A DNA stretch of 62,974 bases, counting the filler, from Kipferlia bialata (Eukaryota), in the NCBI GenBank assembly GCA_003568945.1. It is 7 parts of 7 records of this genome, joined end to end, with 100 filler letters (N's around TTAATTAATTAA, not from the genome) between each part and the next. Parts side by side here need not be neighbours in the genome. Positions count along the whole stretch, not along the records: positions 11,033 to 21,961 come from BDIP01001331.1; positions 22,062 to 32,989 come from BDIP01001332.1; 5 more parts are not named here. One strand, 5' to 3'. The translations under genes and the position numbers were made by a program. Shown here one piece after another: positions 18,550 through 32,408 of this stretch; the stretch's first letter is position 1; each line of letters opens with the position of its first letter. Under the pieces are notes generated by a model, which was given only the letters and a program-made list of their open reading frames with translations, did no database searches and was not told the origin of the DNA.

Positions 18550-19522
18550 GACCATGATGAGGGGGGCCCAGGTGGTGATGGGGTTCACTGGGGTGAGGGG
18601 GGTGGAGAGAGAGGGGGGGGGGGAAGGACATGAGGGGGTGTACTGGGATGAGGGAGAGGTCGCGACGAGAAGGGTGTCACAGGGTGAGAGGTAGTGGGAG
18701 GAGAGATGATATGTCGGTGGGAGAGTATATCATGTATGTAGTCATGAATGAAAGGGTCTGTATCCCATGTGCACTAGTGATATAGGTAATTGAGAGTGCT
18801 GATAGTGGCCATCAATACCGTGTAGCCAAAACGTCATCAGTACAGGGTGATCAGAGTAGTACACTATCACTCTAACTCACAACCTACAAGTACACTCTAG
18901 GCAATACACATAACATAAGGAATACAAAGAATGGTAGGTAGATAGAGTCGGGGAAGACCACATACACCGAGAGTCGTTTACGCAAACTCAAACTGTGCCA
19001 AATACTCAGAGAGTCATATCCGGTATAATGAGCACTAGAGGGACGGCTACACCTACACATAACTACGCTGCTATATATGTGATCGCTACATACCATATCA
19101 CCAGGGGGGGAATGGGCACAGTGACATGCAGGGTAGAATATGGGGAGTGTTTATACAGGTAGATATGGAGATATGAGGCTACCTGGGGTGATGACGGACC
19201 ACAGTTGGAGGCAGGCAAGGCCCAGGAAGTAGAGGTTCATGAACCTGTGGAACTGCTCATACAGGTTGATGTACACAAAGTTCCACCATCTGTACCTGAG
19301 GGTAAGAGTCAGAATAGTACAGCGTAGACACATAAACGTCGGGGGCCGGAATGAGAGGGAGATATGTACTGATATTTATACTATCACACAGAGTGGGAGA
19401 GTATATCCATGTACGTACCGACTGTTCCGCACAGTGTTGAGAGGAAACTTGGTGTGGTTGGTCTCGTCTCCAAGGTTGAATGAACGCTGCTCATCGCTGC
19501 CAGCTGGCGCTGGACGAGCCAT
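15060..19522 (-). CDS. P4-type ATPase phospholipid flippase (ALA2-like), N-terminus to TM4 only
   Basis: ATG at 19522; YRWWNFVYINLYEQFHRFMNLYFLGLACLQLWSVITPVNPITTWAPL, KDLYDDLRRKKMDK, TANLDGETNLKTR (DGET), FFLLGSLCIPISFKVTLDLVK. No DKTGT exon follows. Confidence 0.93.
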
Positions 19523-19641
19523 TAGAGCGTACTTAGTCACCTTTGTAAGTGCAGTATACCTAAACCCCGTAATGTGGAGTCAGGCAGCTGCTAAAGAGAG
19601 AGAGAGCGTCCAATAGTTGGTCTATTTTTGGATGGAGATAT

Positions 19642-19674
19642 GACCCGCGTTCGAATCCCGGCAAGTGCACTTTT
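19642..19674 (+). pseudogene. Isolated tRNA 3' half (T-arm/B-box plus acceptor 3' strand, tRNA-Gly-like) followed by TTTT
   Basis: GACCCGCGTTCGAATCCCGGCAAGTGCA-CTTTT; T stem has one C:C mismatch; no complementary GCACTTG 5' strand found nearby. Confidence 0.6.
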
Positions 19675-19779
19675 CTCCGTAGAGTACCTTGATCATTCCA
19701 CCTCCTTCCTTTCTAGAGCGTCGTTGAGTCAGATACGCACTCACTGACACAGCGCGCGCTTTGTCTGTACCGTCGGCGA

Positions 19780-21703
19780 GATGGTACGTGTAATAAGTGT
19801 GGGGCGTTGATCTCTGGGTGGTATCTTGGGAAGCCGGTACTGGCGGTACCGATACCGGTACCGCCTAAGTGTTCTTGTATCCCTGCCTTGTATGGGCTAG
19901 TTGGTCCACTATATCACTATATTCTGTTGTATATGTATTGTGGGTTAGGGCTGGGTCCCCATGTGCTACAGAGTGGCATGAGACGTAGAGACATTCCTCA
20001 TAGCATCCTCTCACTGCTGCCTCTCCCTCTCCCTCTGACCCTCAGGACAACGATGACGGACAGGAGCGGCCGTCGCTGCCTGTCACACCGAGGGTGACGT
20101 CCATCAAGGAGCTGTCCAGGGACAGGTGGGTGTATAGACACATATTATTTATAGTGGAGCTATCAAGTGTACTCATATACACTTGATGCTACTACTACTC
20201 TGCCCTATTCATAATGGCTGAATAATATGTATCATCAGGATATATATATGTGTGTGTTAAGGAGCTGTCCAGGGACAGATGGGTGTAGACATGCATATGG
20301 GTATACCTAATGTATTATATGCTGCCTCATTCCAATACTATGATGTACGATATATGCCCATATATTTGTATATACTGTGGTGCTGTCCATGTATGTGTCG
20401 TGTACGTGTGTGATCACTGGAATCTGTATGACATTGCTTGGTTCCTATCAATGTGTATTCACTCCATACTCATATATACCTCTACTCTTCCCCATGAAGC
20501 TTGGATGGCATTAGTGCCGCCATGTCTCCCCACTTCTCTTAGTGCACATAATATTATTGTGTCTTGTGTATATATACCCCCCCCCCCTCCCCCTCTTTCC
20601 CTCTCTATTGACCCTAGGCTAGCCTTCTCCTTTGTGCATGACAGGAAGCTTAGACGGGCATTCACACGCAACATACAGGTATGGATACCGAGAGTTCTCT
20701 CTCTCTCTGTCTCCCTCTACACCCCTATTCTTAGGAGGACTCTCGATCCCCCCCCCCCTATATACTCTCATTCTTAGGAGGCATCTCGCTCTGGGTGTGC
20801 CTTCATGGACATGGACCATTCTCTCTCTCGCTCTCTCTCTCTCTCTCTACACCCTTATTCTTAGGAGGCTTCTAGGTCTGGGTCTGCCTTCATGGACATG
20901 GACCAGGTCCTGTCCATGCACTTTGACGAGATCATGGCATTCACATCGGAGAGGAAACCTCAGGTATGTAGTACACAGTATGTGTAGTATATATATATAT
21001 ATATGACGTATATTATCCCCCCATCTTCACACAGTATTATCTTGTGCTCTCTCTCATTCTCTCTCTCTCCCTCTTACCCCCAGGAGGTGGCTGACCTTGT
21101 GGCCAGCATAGCGCTGGTCACAGACAACACACCCCAGGTACCCGTATATTGATATAGTATATGTTCATATATTTTCATATTTATGTATTGTTAATAGCCC
21201 TGGTCACAGACAACACACGTTCCAGGTGCATGTGTATACATATTACATGTACCCAAATACACACACCTATCATTTGTGCCCACTATACCAGAGTCTATTG
21301 ATATGAGATATAGTTAGTACTGTCCCTCACCCCCAGGTTGTGTGTGAGTTGGTTGCCTCCAAGCTCAGAGACATGGGCATGACGGACGGGGGGGACTACC
21401 TAGGTATATATATATAGTTGTAGATGTATACATACATACATATATGATTGTAAGTAAGTATATATATATGTGTGTGTGTGTGTGTGTTTGTATACTCTAT
21501 GTCAGAGACATGGGCATGACGGATGGGGGGCACTATATACTATATCCTATATATCCAATACCTTCCTCACCCCAGTGCAGATGGGCGAGAGTGTGTTCAA
21601 CGAGGTGCCAGACGATGAGGAGGAGGAAGAGGGAGAAGAGGAGGGAGAGGGAGAGGCAGAGGAGGAGGAGGAAGAAGAAGAAGTACCCCCAGCCACCCCT
21701 AAG
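19780..21703 (+). CDS. Hypothetical acidic protein, 5' part; first coding exon appears to be the ATG alone
   Basis: ATG|gtacgt then in-phase exons DNDDGQERPSLPVTPR..., LAFSFVHDRKLRRAFTRNIQ, EASRSGSAFMDMDQ..., VPDDEEEEEGEEE...PPATPK. Confidence 0.65.
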
Positions 21704-21910
21704 GTACGTATGGATATGTATATATATATATATATGTATGTATGTATATATATGCATGTGACTCACGACTGGTAGTCTTTCCTTCTGACCTATGATGTTA
21801 TCAGTTCTCATCTCCCCCGCCCCCCTCCCCTTCCAACGCTAAATTGTCTCAATCTCTATCTCTCCGTTTATACAAATGAACGTTAGCCTGCCCACCCCAG
21901 GCCTCTAACG

Positions 21911-21953
<43 letters not shown>

Positions 21954-22061
21954 TTCCCTCCNNNNNNNNNNNNNNNNNNNNNNNNNNNNNNNNNNNNNNN
22001 NNNNNTTAATTAATTAANNNNNNNNNNNNNNNNNNNNNNNNNNNNNNNNNNNNNNNNNNNN

Positions 22062-22111
<50 letters not shown>

Positions 22112-22406
22112 AGATCTCACAATATTGGTCATTCCATTTCCAGTCACTCACTTCTAATGGAACACACTACAAGGACTCATGAAGGGTAGCCAATGATCAG
22201 CTACATATGCCCATATCATGCAATATCATATACACTATTATATATAACGGGATGCAGGTGTAAATAGTACTTGAGTCACTTATATATTCAAAAACATGCA
22301 TAAATACAACTGAACTCAGGATATAGAGAGAAACCCACATATACAACATGCATCCAGTGCCCATAACCACACCCATATAATAACCATACCCATATAATAA
22401 CTATAC

Positions 22407-23519
22407 CTGGGTGCCGGTGGCATGGGTTTCTGACCACCTTGGCGCCACAGTCACACATGCCTGGGGTCAGGGGGGGGGGGGCATGCTGATATATACACTA
22501 GGGTGTCTATGGGTGTTCCAGAGATGAACGGGGGTGGGGGTTGATGGATGTCATATGAATATATCCTAAGAGTGAGTACAAGGATACGTGGAGGACACAC
22601 AGCTAGTACTAGTAGTGTCAGGACTTGTAAGACAAGAGTCCACACTATATACGTAGGAGAGAGCATACATAGACTCCATGTGACACATGTATCTACACGT
22701 AGGTGACATACGGACACTATATGTATGTGACAATATGGTCAACAGGGTACATCGGCCAAAATGTATCCTATCCACCACCCAAGCATATATATACGTGTTG
22801 CAGATGCCACAAATATATATATATATGGCAGGTCTCAGCAGCCATATCAAGCGTCTCACCATGCACGGCGCACAGGTTGACCCTGTGGCCCACATGCTCC
22901 TCAGGGTTCCAGCACTCCTCGCAGACAATGGACTGGGGTCAGGTATGGATATGTATACAATGGACTGGGGTCAGGGGCAGCGGTGTAGGTATGGGTATAT
23001 ATGCATACACACATACCATGCCACACAATGCACTGAGGATAGTGGTGTATATATGTGTACCCTCTGTCTTCTGGATATAACCTCATAGCTTGTTTGTCCT
23101 TGACCCAGGGGTACAATCACAGAGTCCCACTGGTCTCATATCATATGTAAACAGTATACACATCGTGTTGTCCCATTTCAAACACACAACATACTCACAC
23201 TCCATGTATGATGACTGACACCCTCCAAACACTATACGTGTCAGTATCCATAGATATATATCCATATATATTACATATACACACATGATACATTCCCAGT
23301 ATATATAAATATATATCCACCTGACCCAATCTGCTCCTAGTATCAGTCGAGCACTGTATACACAACCATAGCGGAACATAGTATATAACACAGTATACAC
23401 ATATATCGTGTACCTGCTCAATGAATATACACGGCATTGTACCTACTCATTGTATACATATTGTGTACCTGCTCCTTGTGACAGTCCATGCAGTGGTAGG
23501 CAGACACGTTGGTCAGAAT
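22407..23519 (-). CDS. UBR-box zinc finger (N-recognin-like) exons
   Basis: Exons AYHCMDC, SIVCEECWNPEEHVGHRVNLCAVHG and GMCDCGAKVVRNPCHRH fit the UBR-box pattern CxxC...CxxC...HxxH...CDCG...CxxH. Confidence 0.8.
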
Positions 23520-23532
23520 CTGGGGTGGGCAT

Positions 23533-23569
<37 letters not shown>

Positions 23570-23589
23570 GGGGGGGGGGGGGGGAGGGT

Positions 23590-23627
<38 letters not shown>

Positions 23628-24945
23628 CAAAGACACTTCACAATACCCAAGACAGCACTAAATACAAACCACAATTGCCGTACAGTTACGTACAAGGAAT
23701 GATAGAAAGGTCAGGCCACCAACACTCCTGCAAGAGACGTACACCGCTAGATCCTGATCTTGACCCTTTCAGCGGAGCAAAAACCTTGAGTTGTCTGTAT
23801 CGTGTAGGGATTCCGGCACCCATCACTTCTTGATGCACAACAGTGGAATACGCTCTTTAACTCATTACCTGTCTATTCAGCCGCAAAACTCGGTGGGTAT
23901 AATAGCTGTGAATCAAACATTCGTGGTATTGGACTGATGCCAGGATGCCCTGCTCTATCGCTATCTCTACCTCCTGCCCTTCGTCTTAGAACTCTTGAGG
24001 GGCACCATGCTCCTGCTGAAGACAGGGGTGTCGTCCTCCCCTCCCTTGTAGGAGTAGCCCTCGAGGTCAAAGGCCTGGGTGAGGTGATTGGGAGTGTGTT
24101 GTGTACTTGAGAGAAGTCACCGTGTAGAGGAATACCCGTACCTCTATAGCCTCCACTCCACACCCTGTTGATCACACACCACCTAACCATGAGACCCCGG
24201 GCGTATAGGGTGAGGGCATACATATGCATATATGTATGTAATCAGAGATGCTGATACGTGTCTTTCACTTGGGCATCGCATACTGCAATGTCGTGTCAAA
24301 GCTATTCACATTAGACTCTAACGACTACAATGACATATGCACCACTCAGCTGCAGCTGAGGAGTAGTTCCAGTCAGTCCTGGCGTACGATCGCCAAACAA
24401 CAGTACATCTCGGCGAGCAAGGGACAGTGTCCCGGACACCGTGACTATTCTCCAATTCCGATCAGAATTCATCCTGGTGTCCAGTATCGTATATCGTGGG
24501 ATTCAGTCGGATGGGTGCACGGTCAGGGCTTATTACTACAAACGCGCGTAGTGTATGAATGGAGTAGGGCGACTGTATTGCATAGATGAATAGATCTTCA
24601 CAAGATTACCACTGATTGGAAGATAGTAAATAGAAATACTTGTTAGTGTATATCTGACATAGAGACTCTGTGTCACATAGAGTATGACACCTAGTGAGGC
24701 GTCACATAGCTGGTGGCTGCGCCATTGCATCCTCCAAGCTAAATTCCTGACGCATATCCTCCAGGGCACGTGGCTGCCAGGTATCCCAAGGGACACCATA
24801 GCTTGGACAATTACCATAGGGACTAAGACGGCCGCACGGGTACGTTATTCCCATCGCGCCGGGTTCCCAGTGGGAACGTCCCACCTCCTCCCAGTGTTTC
24901 ATCACTCCCAGGAAGACACACACTCTCGGTCCGAAAATAGAGACT

Positions 24946-26530
24946 CTACTCTGTGGGTGTGCCTCTCCGTCCCACGTTGTATGCATACTCCATACTGTGG
25001 TCGGGATATATCATGGACTCATCAAACACAACCTCGAGGGCCATGCCACACGGGATATAGGCCGTGATAATCGCTGTGTTTCCAGAGACATGTAACAGCC
25101 GTGGGTTGGAACACGACCCCTCAGCCACGGGTATACCCTGGCCCAACTCGTGCCAGACCTCTGTCTCTCCCGATATTGTGTCATAGGCTATCAGCTTGAA
25201 CCTCATCTCCCACACTGTTTTATCAACCTGGCACCCAATGTATACCATGAACCTACCCACAGCCACCAGGGAATCTCCACCGTATACACCCCAGTCTGGT
25301 TGCCTAACGGTGATATCCTGCTGCCACCCACGCTCTCGGTGATAGGTAGTCATGGTAATGCCATTATCGTCAAACCCTGGGAAGTACGCGGTGTCTCCAA
25401 GCACCCCCGAACATGCCCCAAGCAGTCTCTGTGTGTCAGTGGGTCCCTTATGATCGGCTACGAGACATTGACACTGTGAATATGATATCTAGTCTAGTAG
25501 AGCACACACAAGCTCAGAGGGGTATAGAACGTTCCATACTGTGTCGCTATTACCAGATACTAGTATATATTACTACGGGGTACATACCTTGGGGCTGGTC
25601 GGCAGCTCGGTCCACACTCGCGTGCCTACCCCTGCCTCTGGGTTGAGTAGCCACGCCCTTGTTACCCCCAGTCCACTCCCTGGGTCCTCGTCCTTCAGTA
25701 CCAGAGCACAGCCACCAAGGGACACAATAGGGTGCCACCAAACATCGACATCGACATCTAGGGACTGCGACCCACAGGGGGGCTGACCCAGGTCCCTCCC
25801 AGCCGACACATCCCCCTCCCACGTGTCCAGGGGGTACGAGTGGAAGCTCGGAAGGCCTTCATCTCCTGTGATTAGGGGCCTCCGAAGAGAGAGCAACTAT
25901 GACTGAAAGAACGCATGGGATACAGTGAGAGATGAACACAGAATACTGTCGCCGTCTATATATTCAAACATGAAATTGAATCTGCAACAATACCTTCAGA
26001 GTGAATCAGTATCAACACTTACCGCTATGTGTTTAATAGGGAGGAGCACACCACAAATATAGCCACTATACTGATCTCAATAGTTAACATTAACTGAACC
26101 TGTACGCATAATCCCGGTATAGAGACTGCATACACTCTCTCTTTGCATATATGCCACGAGAGACTCACCGTCTGTTCTTCCCACCAGATAACCCCCCACG
26201 CGGACCAGGGAGGCTGGACTGACATCAGACCACGTGTCCAAGCGGGTCGCTGGCAGGCCACCCGACGTGTGAGTGTCAACTCTTGCGGTGTCTTCATACG
26301 AGTCCCGTACCACACTCACAGTGCCAAACGAGCACGCATACTCGTACTTGTCTATAGCTCCATCGGTCTCAGCCGTGTCCACTCTCTCCCCGCTGACCTC
26401 AGATACAGACACCGCACACTGGGTCTGGCAGGGCATGCTCGGCCCTGAGGTGGGAACACGTATACACACTTGTATCACACACGATGAATTTGAGGCATTA
26501 TACCTGCTCCTTGGAGTGCGTGGCACAGAT
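24946..26530 (-). CDS. Divergent kelch/beta-propeller-like protein
   Basis: Three larger exons rich in beta-type segments (RAWLLNPE...VWTELP; LVAVGRFMVYIG; AYDTISGETEVW), like kelch blades; start not resolved. Confidence 0.55.
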
Positions 26531-26739
26531 GGAAGTATATGGAGTGAAGTAAGAAATCAGTGTGGAGAATCAAAACCCCTATTTTTGTGTGCAAGTTGAC
26601 AAAGGGTTTATAGTGTGTTTGTTGTTTCAGAGAGTCTCTGAGAGACACACATATTTGCTACCCTCTGCTAAGTCAGGCTGGAGCGAGCCAGTGGTGCGTC
26701 TGGGGCCTTTCTGGTTCCGATACTGAACGCTCAGTAGAG

Positions 26740-29281
26740 ATGTTTGCACATACGCTGCACCCGTCTCTGTCTCCGAAGTCGGTGGCTGGGTCTGTGTCCC
26801 CCTATGAGGAGGACACTCTCACTGACGATGCAGCTAGGCTCGTGGCTCTGACTGCTCTGTACCATGCCAGGATGGAGGAAGGGGAGGTAATATAACTCTT
26901 GAGCGTGGGAGTGTGGATTGAGAATCTGTGGAACGAGGAACTGAGTGTCCATGACATTATATAGTAGTGGCTACCATGTTTCTCTTGGTTGCAGCGAGTG
27001 ACATATATATATCCTACCACTAATTTGGACTCTGTATTCACTCTATGCTGTTGCTTACCCCTGCTGCCCCCCCCCCCCCCTCACCCTCAGTGGGATGGTG
27101 CTGCTGCCGTGTACCGCCAGGTCACCTCTCTCGTGCACAGACTGAGGGAGGAGGTCAGGGTGTCTGCGGCACAGAGCATGGACGAACACCAGGAGAAGGT
27201 GCTCCGGTCCCTGTCCAAGGCAGAGGCCACCAGACACAGGGTGCTCGGGATAAGGTACCATGATACTCACAGTGACAGTGTATATACTACACTCTATAAG
27301 TGAAGAGACATATCTTACCACAGGGCTAAGAGAGCCGGGGAACGAAGTGAGCACATGTGCACAGCCCATAACAGGGCACTGTCTGTCAGGTAGTATGGAT
27401 AGTGCGCTCTTATTAACTGATACATGAATACCTAACTGAGTACTCCTCCCTTACTCACCACCTAGGTACCACCGTCTCTGCCGCCACATTGCATGTCTCG
27501 ACAAGCAGGGCGTGTCATCTAGGAGACAGGCTGCCACACAGAGGCAGGGGTGTGCCGATCTTTGCAAGGTTTGGAAGTGGCCAATGTCTTCTATTATTGC
27601 ATCTCTCTCCCCCTCACCCTTCAGGAGTTCAGGCGTAGGTCCGTACACATGAGGCGTCTGTGTCGAGTGAGACGGGATGTGCTGAACGGTCTGGCCACCA
27701 GGGACAGGCAGAGCGAGAGTGCCGCCAGGGCCCGTACCCAGCACGTGCTGGCATCCCAGAGGTATGTGTATTCAGTGAGAATACACCAATACTAATGGGT
27801 AGTCCGTATATATATTCATACATACCTGACACCCCAGGTACATGAGGGGTGCCGGTGACCAGCATGCCATCACAAGGGCCGTGGGGGGTGGCATAGGGGA
27901 GGGACACATGGACAGAAGCGCAGTGGTGTCCAGGCAGATGTCCAGACAGCGCAGCATGAGGGTAGGGAGGGCGGATGCCCCAGAGGCTCTGTCAATAACA
28001 GTAGGGCCCATAGCCATAGAGCACGGGGGAGGGGGAGGGGGCACCCCCGGCCCCATGGCCCTGCCCTCCATACCCAATGTGCTGGTGCACTCCCCCTCCC
28101 TCTCCCCCACTGTGTCTGGGGCCACATCCCCATCGGTGTCTAGGATGAGTGGGGGGCAGCCACCACTAGGCCCTACAACAGCAGCTAGGTTAGCATGTCT
28201 GCTTCTAACACCATAGCCATATACGCATTGGCAGTGTATATATTTGTGTATATTCACTGACCCCAGGAGCAGTAGTGTCCTTGGCCAGCACAACGGCATG
28301 AGTGCTCTGGCCCTAGCCCTCAGGCGCCCCGAGAGACTGCACCCAGTCATATCCACTGCACCCCTGGGGTCTAGCCCAGATGTCCCAGAGGCCGAGGCCA
28401 GGCACAACCTGCTGAGGTACCAGATGGGTTTAGTTGAGTATCGTACATTATCGTGTAGATATTGTGAATGAGTCAACCCTGACCCCCCAGGGACATGGGC
28501 CAGACCACAGCCTCAGAGGCACCTGGGCAGCCGGGCAAGAGGGCACAGACATTGGCAGGCAGACACAGGTATACATATATATTAATGTGTGTGTGTGTGT
28601 TAGTATATCACCATCACTCTCTACTTGATTACATTGTTTGAATGGATTACAGTCCTCACCCTCAGGGTCGCTTCTCATGTGCGTCGACGCGTGCCCTCCC
28701 CCCCAGTCTCCCTTACTGTCCGGCCCCACACGACAGCCGGCCTGGCCAAGCACCTGCTGGTGAGGAGGGGGGAGGCGGATGTCCCGAGACTCACCCAGAC
28801 AGGTATATACGGGGACAGTGCCGGTGCTGATGCCGAGGTGGCGGAGTATGCGTCGTCTATAGTGGCTGGGATAGTGGCAGAGGGAGTGGCTGCAGTGCAG
28901 CAGGAGGGGTCTGCCTCCCACGCTGTGTGTGAGTGGGTGGTTCATGAGTGTGTGTCAGACGCCGTTGACAGTACGGAGGCAGATATCCAGAGACAGATGC
29001 AGGGCATCAGGGGCCTGTCCTCCCGGTCTGCCCTCCTGGCCAATGTCAGGCCCCTAGTTAAGGGTGTAGGGTCGATGGGAGAGGAGGAGGCCTCCACCAC
29101 CCTCAGTGCCTGTCTCTCTCTTGATACCCTCCCCCCACCTGTGGATGGGAGTGCCCTCCCTCCCCCTGCACCTGTCTCTAGAGGTGCCAGCCAGGGGGGG
29201 TCCAGGGTGGGGTCGCGGTCTGGGCTCAGACGCAGCCACTCAGCTGTGGCATACGGCAGAGGCAGGAGCCACAACAAATAG
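26740..29281 (+). CDS. Hypothetical multi-exon protein
   Basis: ATG 26740 MFAHTLHPSLSPKS..., in-phase exons WDGAAAVYRQVTSL..., EFRRRSVHMRR..., last exon ending GRGRSHNK*. Confidence 0.65.
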
Positions 29282-29380
29282 AGCCGTGTACTATAGTAGA
29301 CATTGTTGTGAGGCTCTGACTATAGATATACATATACAATACTATATCTACGACAATGAATTGGAACTTCTATTTGTACA

Positions 29381-31911
29381 TCAGCCGTTCTCCAGCCGTA
29401 TAGCTATATCTGCGTCTCCCACCTCCTCCCCCCGTACAGCCAGGGCCACAGTCAAGGTGATGCCCTGCTGGCTTGGCCCAGTCACCAAGCACAGCTCGTC
29501 CCAGCCCAGTCTGTCTACCCTGGCAGAGGCAGTGTCACCATTGGGCAGAGAGATGGACAGGGAGACAAAGGGGACAGACCCCGATATCAACCCCAGTCTG
29601 GAGTGGGGGTCATACCGCTCCCTGATGGATATGGTGGACCCCTCGCCCTGGCCCATCCTACCCTCCACAGACCCTAGCAGGGTGGCCACACCGGCACACT
29701 CAGGCCCTAGCCCGCAGGACTGCTTGCCAGGCCTCGACCTCACCCTCTGCACCCCCAGCGATAGCATCAAGGGGGAAGGAGGAAGGGGTGGCAGTAATAC
29801 AGCCACCACGCCCTGGCCCACCCTAGGGGTGACAGACAGGGTGAGGGTCCCCTCCAGAGAGAGACCGCATGCCCTATCAACCAGTGACACAGGGTGGGAG
29901 ACTGAGGGGTTGGAGAGCAGCCCCAGCAGGGGTATGGGGCAGGACACCCTCACAGTGCCAGAGGGAGAGGGCACACACGCAGTCAGGACAGCAGCACTCT
30001 CCCTGAGGTACAGCAGGAAGAGAGGGGATAGCGGGACAGGTGTCGACACCACCGACCACCTCCTAGGGGGCAGACCCAGGGCAGACACCAAGGGGGGGAG
30101 GCTGAAGAAGTCCAGCGAGAGGTAGTGGGACGCATGGGACGCAGAGGCAGCGGAGGGCTCAAACAGCACTGACACGGCACTACAAGGGCATAAGGGAATG
30201 CTCTCGACCACCGGTGGCCGCACCACCTGCTGGGGTATGGCCTTGGCACTGTCTGCAAAGGCAGAGAGGGGTGTGGCAGCCCTGATGGACGCTGACCTAG
30301 GGGGCACTGACCCAACGGGTGTGCCAGCCTGTGAGGTCTCTGACACGTCCCATGCACCCATGCCCATACCGCCTAGCCTGGCAGAGGGTGGTTGCACAGA
30401 GGACATGGGGCGGGAGGGGGGCTGCCCCCAGGCCCCAATGTCCCTCTGGGCAGGTGTCTTGGAGTTGGGTGCCTCCATCACAGGGGACAGGGCCATCGAG
30501 TCTGCCTCACCGCTCTTCAGCATGAACTGGTGGGGCATATGCCTCTCTGCCCCCCTCCTGCCCCTCTCCTGCATCTGGAAGGGGATGTCAGGCGTCAGCC
30601 TCGACTGGGGGGGTCTCTCACTGCCAGCACCCATACCCATACCCATGCCTGGGGGTGTCTCTGTGCTCTGTCTACCCTGTCCCATCATGCCCATACCCAT
30701 CATCCCACCTGACACAGACCCACGCCGGCTCAGCTCGTCCTGCCGCTGCCGCATGTCTCTCTCTCTCTCTGCCATGCTTTCTCTCTCCCTCTCCATCGCC
30801 CTCTCTCTCTCAGTCTCCCTGATCTTCATGGTCTCCACCTCCCTCTCTGCCGCCACCAGCTTCCCCTTGGCCGCGTCTGCCCCCATCTGGGCCTCCCCTA
30901 GCTGTGCACGCAGGGCATCCCCTGCCTCCCTATACTCCTCCACCCTGGCCTTGGCCTCATCGAGCTGTGTCTGCAGGCCTAGCCCCTTGGCAAGGGCGGC
31001 CTCCCTCTCTGTGCATGCCTCTGAGACCTCTGTCTCTAGGGCAGCCAGTCGTGCCTGGTCTCTCTCTCTCTGTGTCTCCAGACTGCTGATGGACTCAGCT
31101 TGACTCTCCACCCTGGCCTCAGCCTCAGATGCCCGTGCCTTGAGGGTGGCCACCTCTGCCTCTAGGTCTGCCCTCACCCTAGCACCCTCCTCCTCCCTGG
31201 ACTGGGCAGAGACCAGGTCAGCCTGCAGAGACTCCACGGTGTGGGCAGCACTCAGGGCAAGGAGCTTGCCAGTGTCAACCTGGGGTCAGAAGGAGTTGCA
31301 AACAGAGGGAAATGAAACATCCATGACAATATTCACACACCTGTATTCTCCAATCCACCTGTATTGTCATATCTGTATACACATGTATATGTCCCCACCT
31401 GTGACTGCTGTCCCTGTGCCTCCGCAGCACTCAGCCTTCGCCGCAGGTCCTGTATCTCGGCCTCCAGTCCCGCTCTCTCCAGCCTGTTACGCTCAGCCTG
31501 CTCCATGGAGTCCCTGGGGTCAGACGACAGTCTATACATACACTGATAGATAACTAGCATGTATTGTATGTTTCTCACTCCAACATATAGGAGAACCCCC
31601 CACCTCTCCCCCCTGGTCAGTCTGTCCCTGGCCTTGTCTAGTTGTGTGGCAAGATCCATGGCAGCAGCTGTGTGTCTGGCAGACTCCTCCTCTAAGGCAG
31701 CCCTCTCACTCCTCAGGCTGTCCACTATCACACGCATCTCAGCCAGCTCCCCCTCGGCGTCCCCTCCCCGCCTCTCTCCCCCCCTCTCCCCCTTGGCCCT
31801 CCCCAGCTCCTCAGTCACACTCTTCAGCCTGGCCAGGGTCCGCCCATGGTTGTCGCGGATGGACTCAAACCGCTTCAGCAGATCTCCGTAGTCGGCCTGT
31901 AGAGACGCAAC
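29381..31911 (-). CDS. Coiled-coil plus C2-like protein, RPGRIP1L/MKS5-like (3' part)
   Basis: Long heptad coiled coil followed by YLSLDFFSLPPLVS...PLFLLYLRESAAVLTAC...IPLLGLL, resembling the first C2 domain of RPGRIP1/RPGRIP1L, then a second beta-rich domain. Confidence 0.55.
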
Positions 31912-32029
31912 CTGGGGTGGGTGGGTATAATACAGAGTGGAGAATATTTCCTATGTAGATAGAGAGACTGTGCTAGTAGTAATTTGAAATAGATTGGGGC
32001 GGAAAGAGGGGGGGGGGGGGGGGGGGGGG

Positions 32030-32363
32030 GAGAAGATGGAGGCCACAGACCAGGTCAATGGACATGCCCTACGGTAAGTGATATAACGTATAATTATATA
32101 TATATATATAGTGAGAGAGAGACAGAGGAGATAGAGTGGTAAGGACCTAGATAAACCTCCACAGAGAAACACATACTTAGGTCTTTGGGTCAATGACTAC
32201 ACATATAGAGAGAGATCTGTCCAGAGATAGGGGCAAAGGAGGTCAGCACTTAGAGATACACAGAGCAAGATATGAACACACACCTTTGCCACCAGATCCG
32301 ACACCCTCTGTGCTGCATAGTATGCATTGACAAGGGCAACATCGCCTGGGTGTAAAAGGGTGT

Positions 32364-32408
<45 letters not shown>

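Noticed and set aside
11057..19522. Real flippase-pseudouridine synthase fusion protein
   Set aside because: Both halves lack their catalytic motifs and meet at a homopolymer; a mis-join is more parsimonious
29106..31103. Plus-strand ORFs of 339 and 301 aa
   Set aside because: Antisense shadows of the minus-strand coiled-coil/C2 exon
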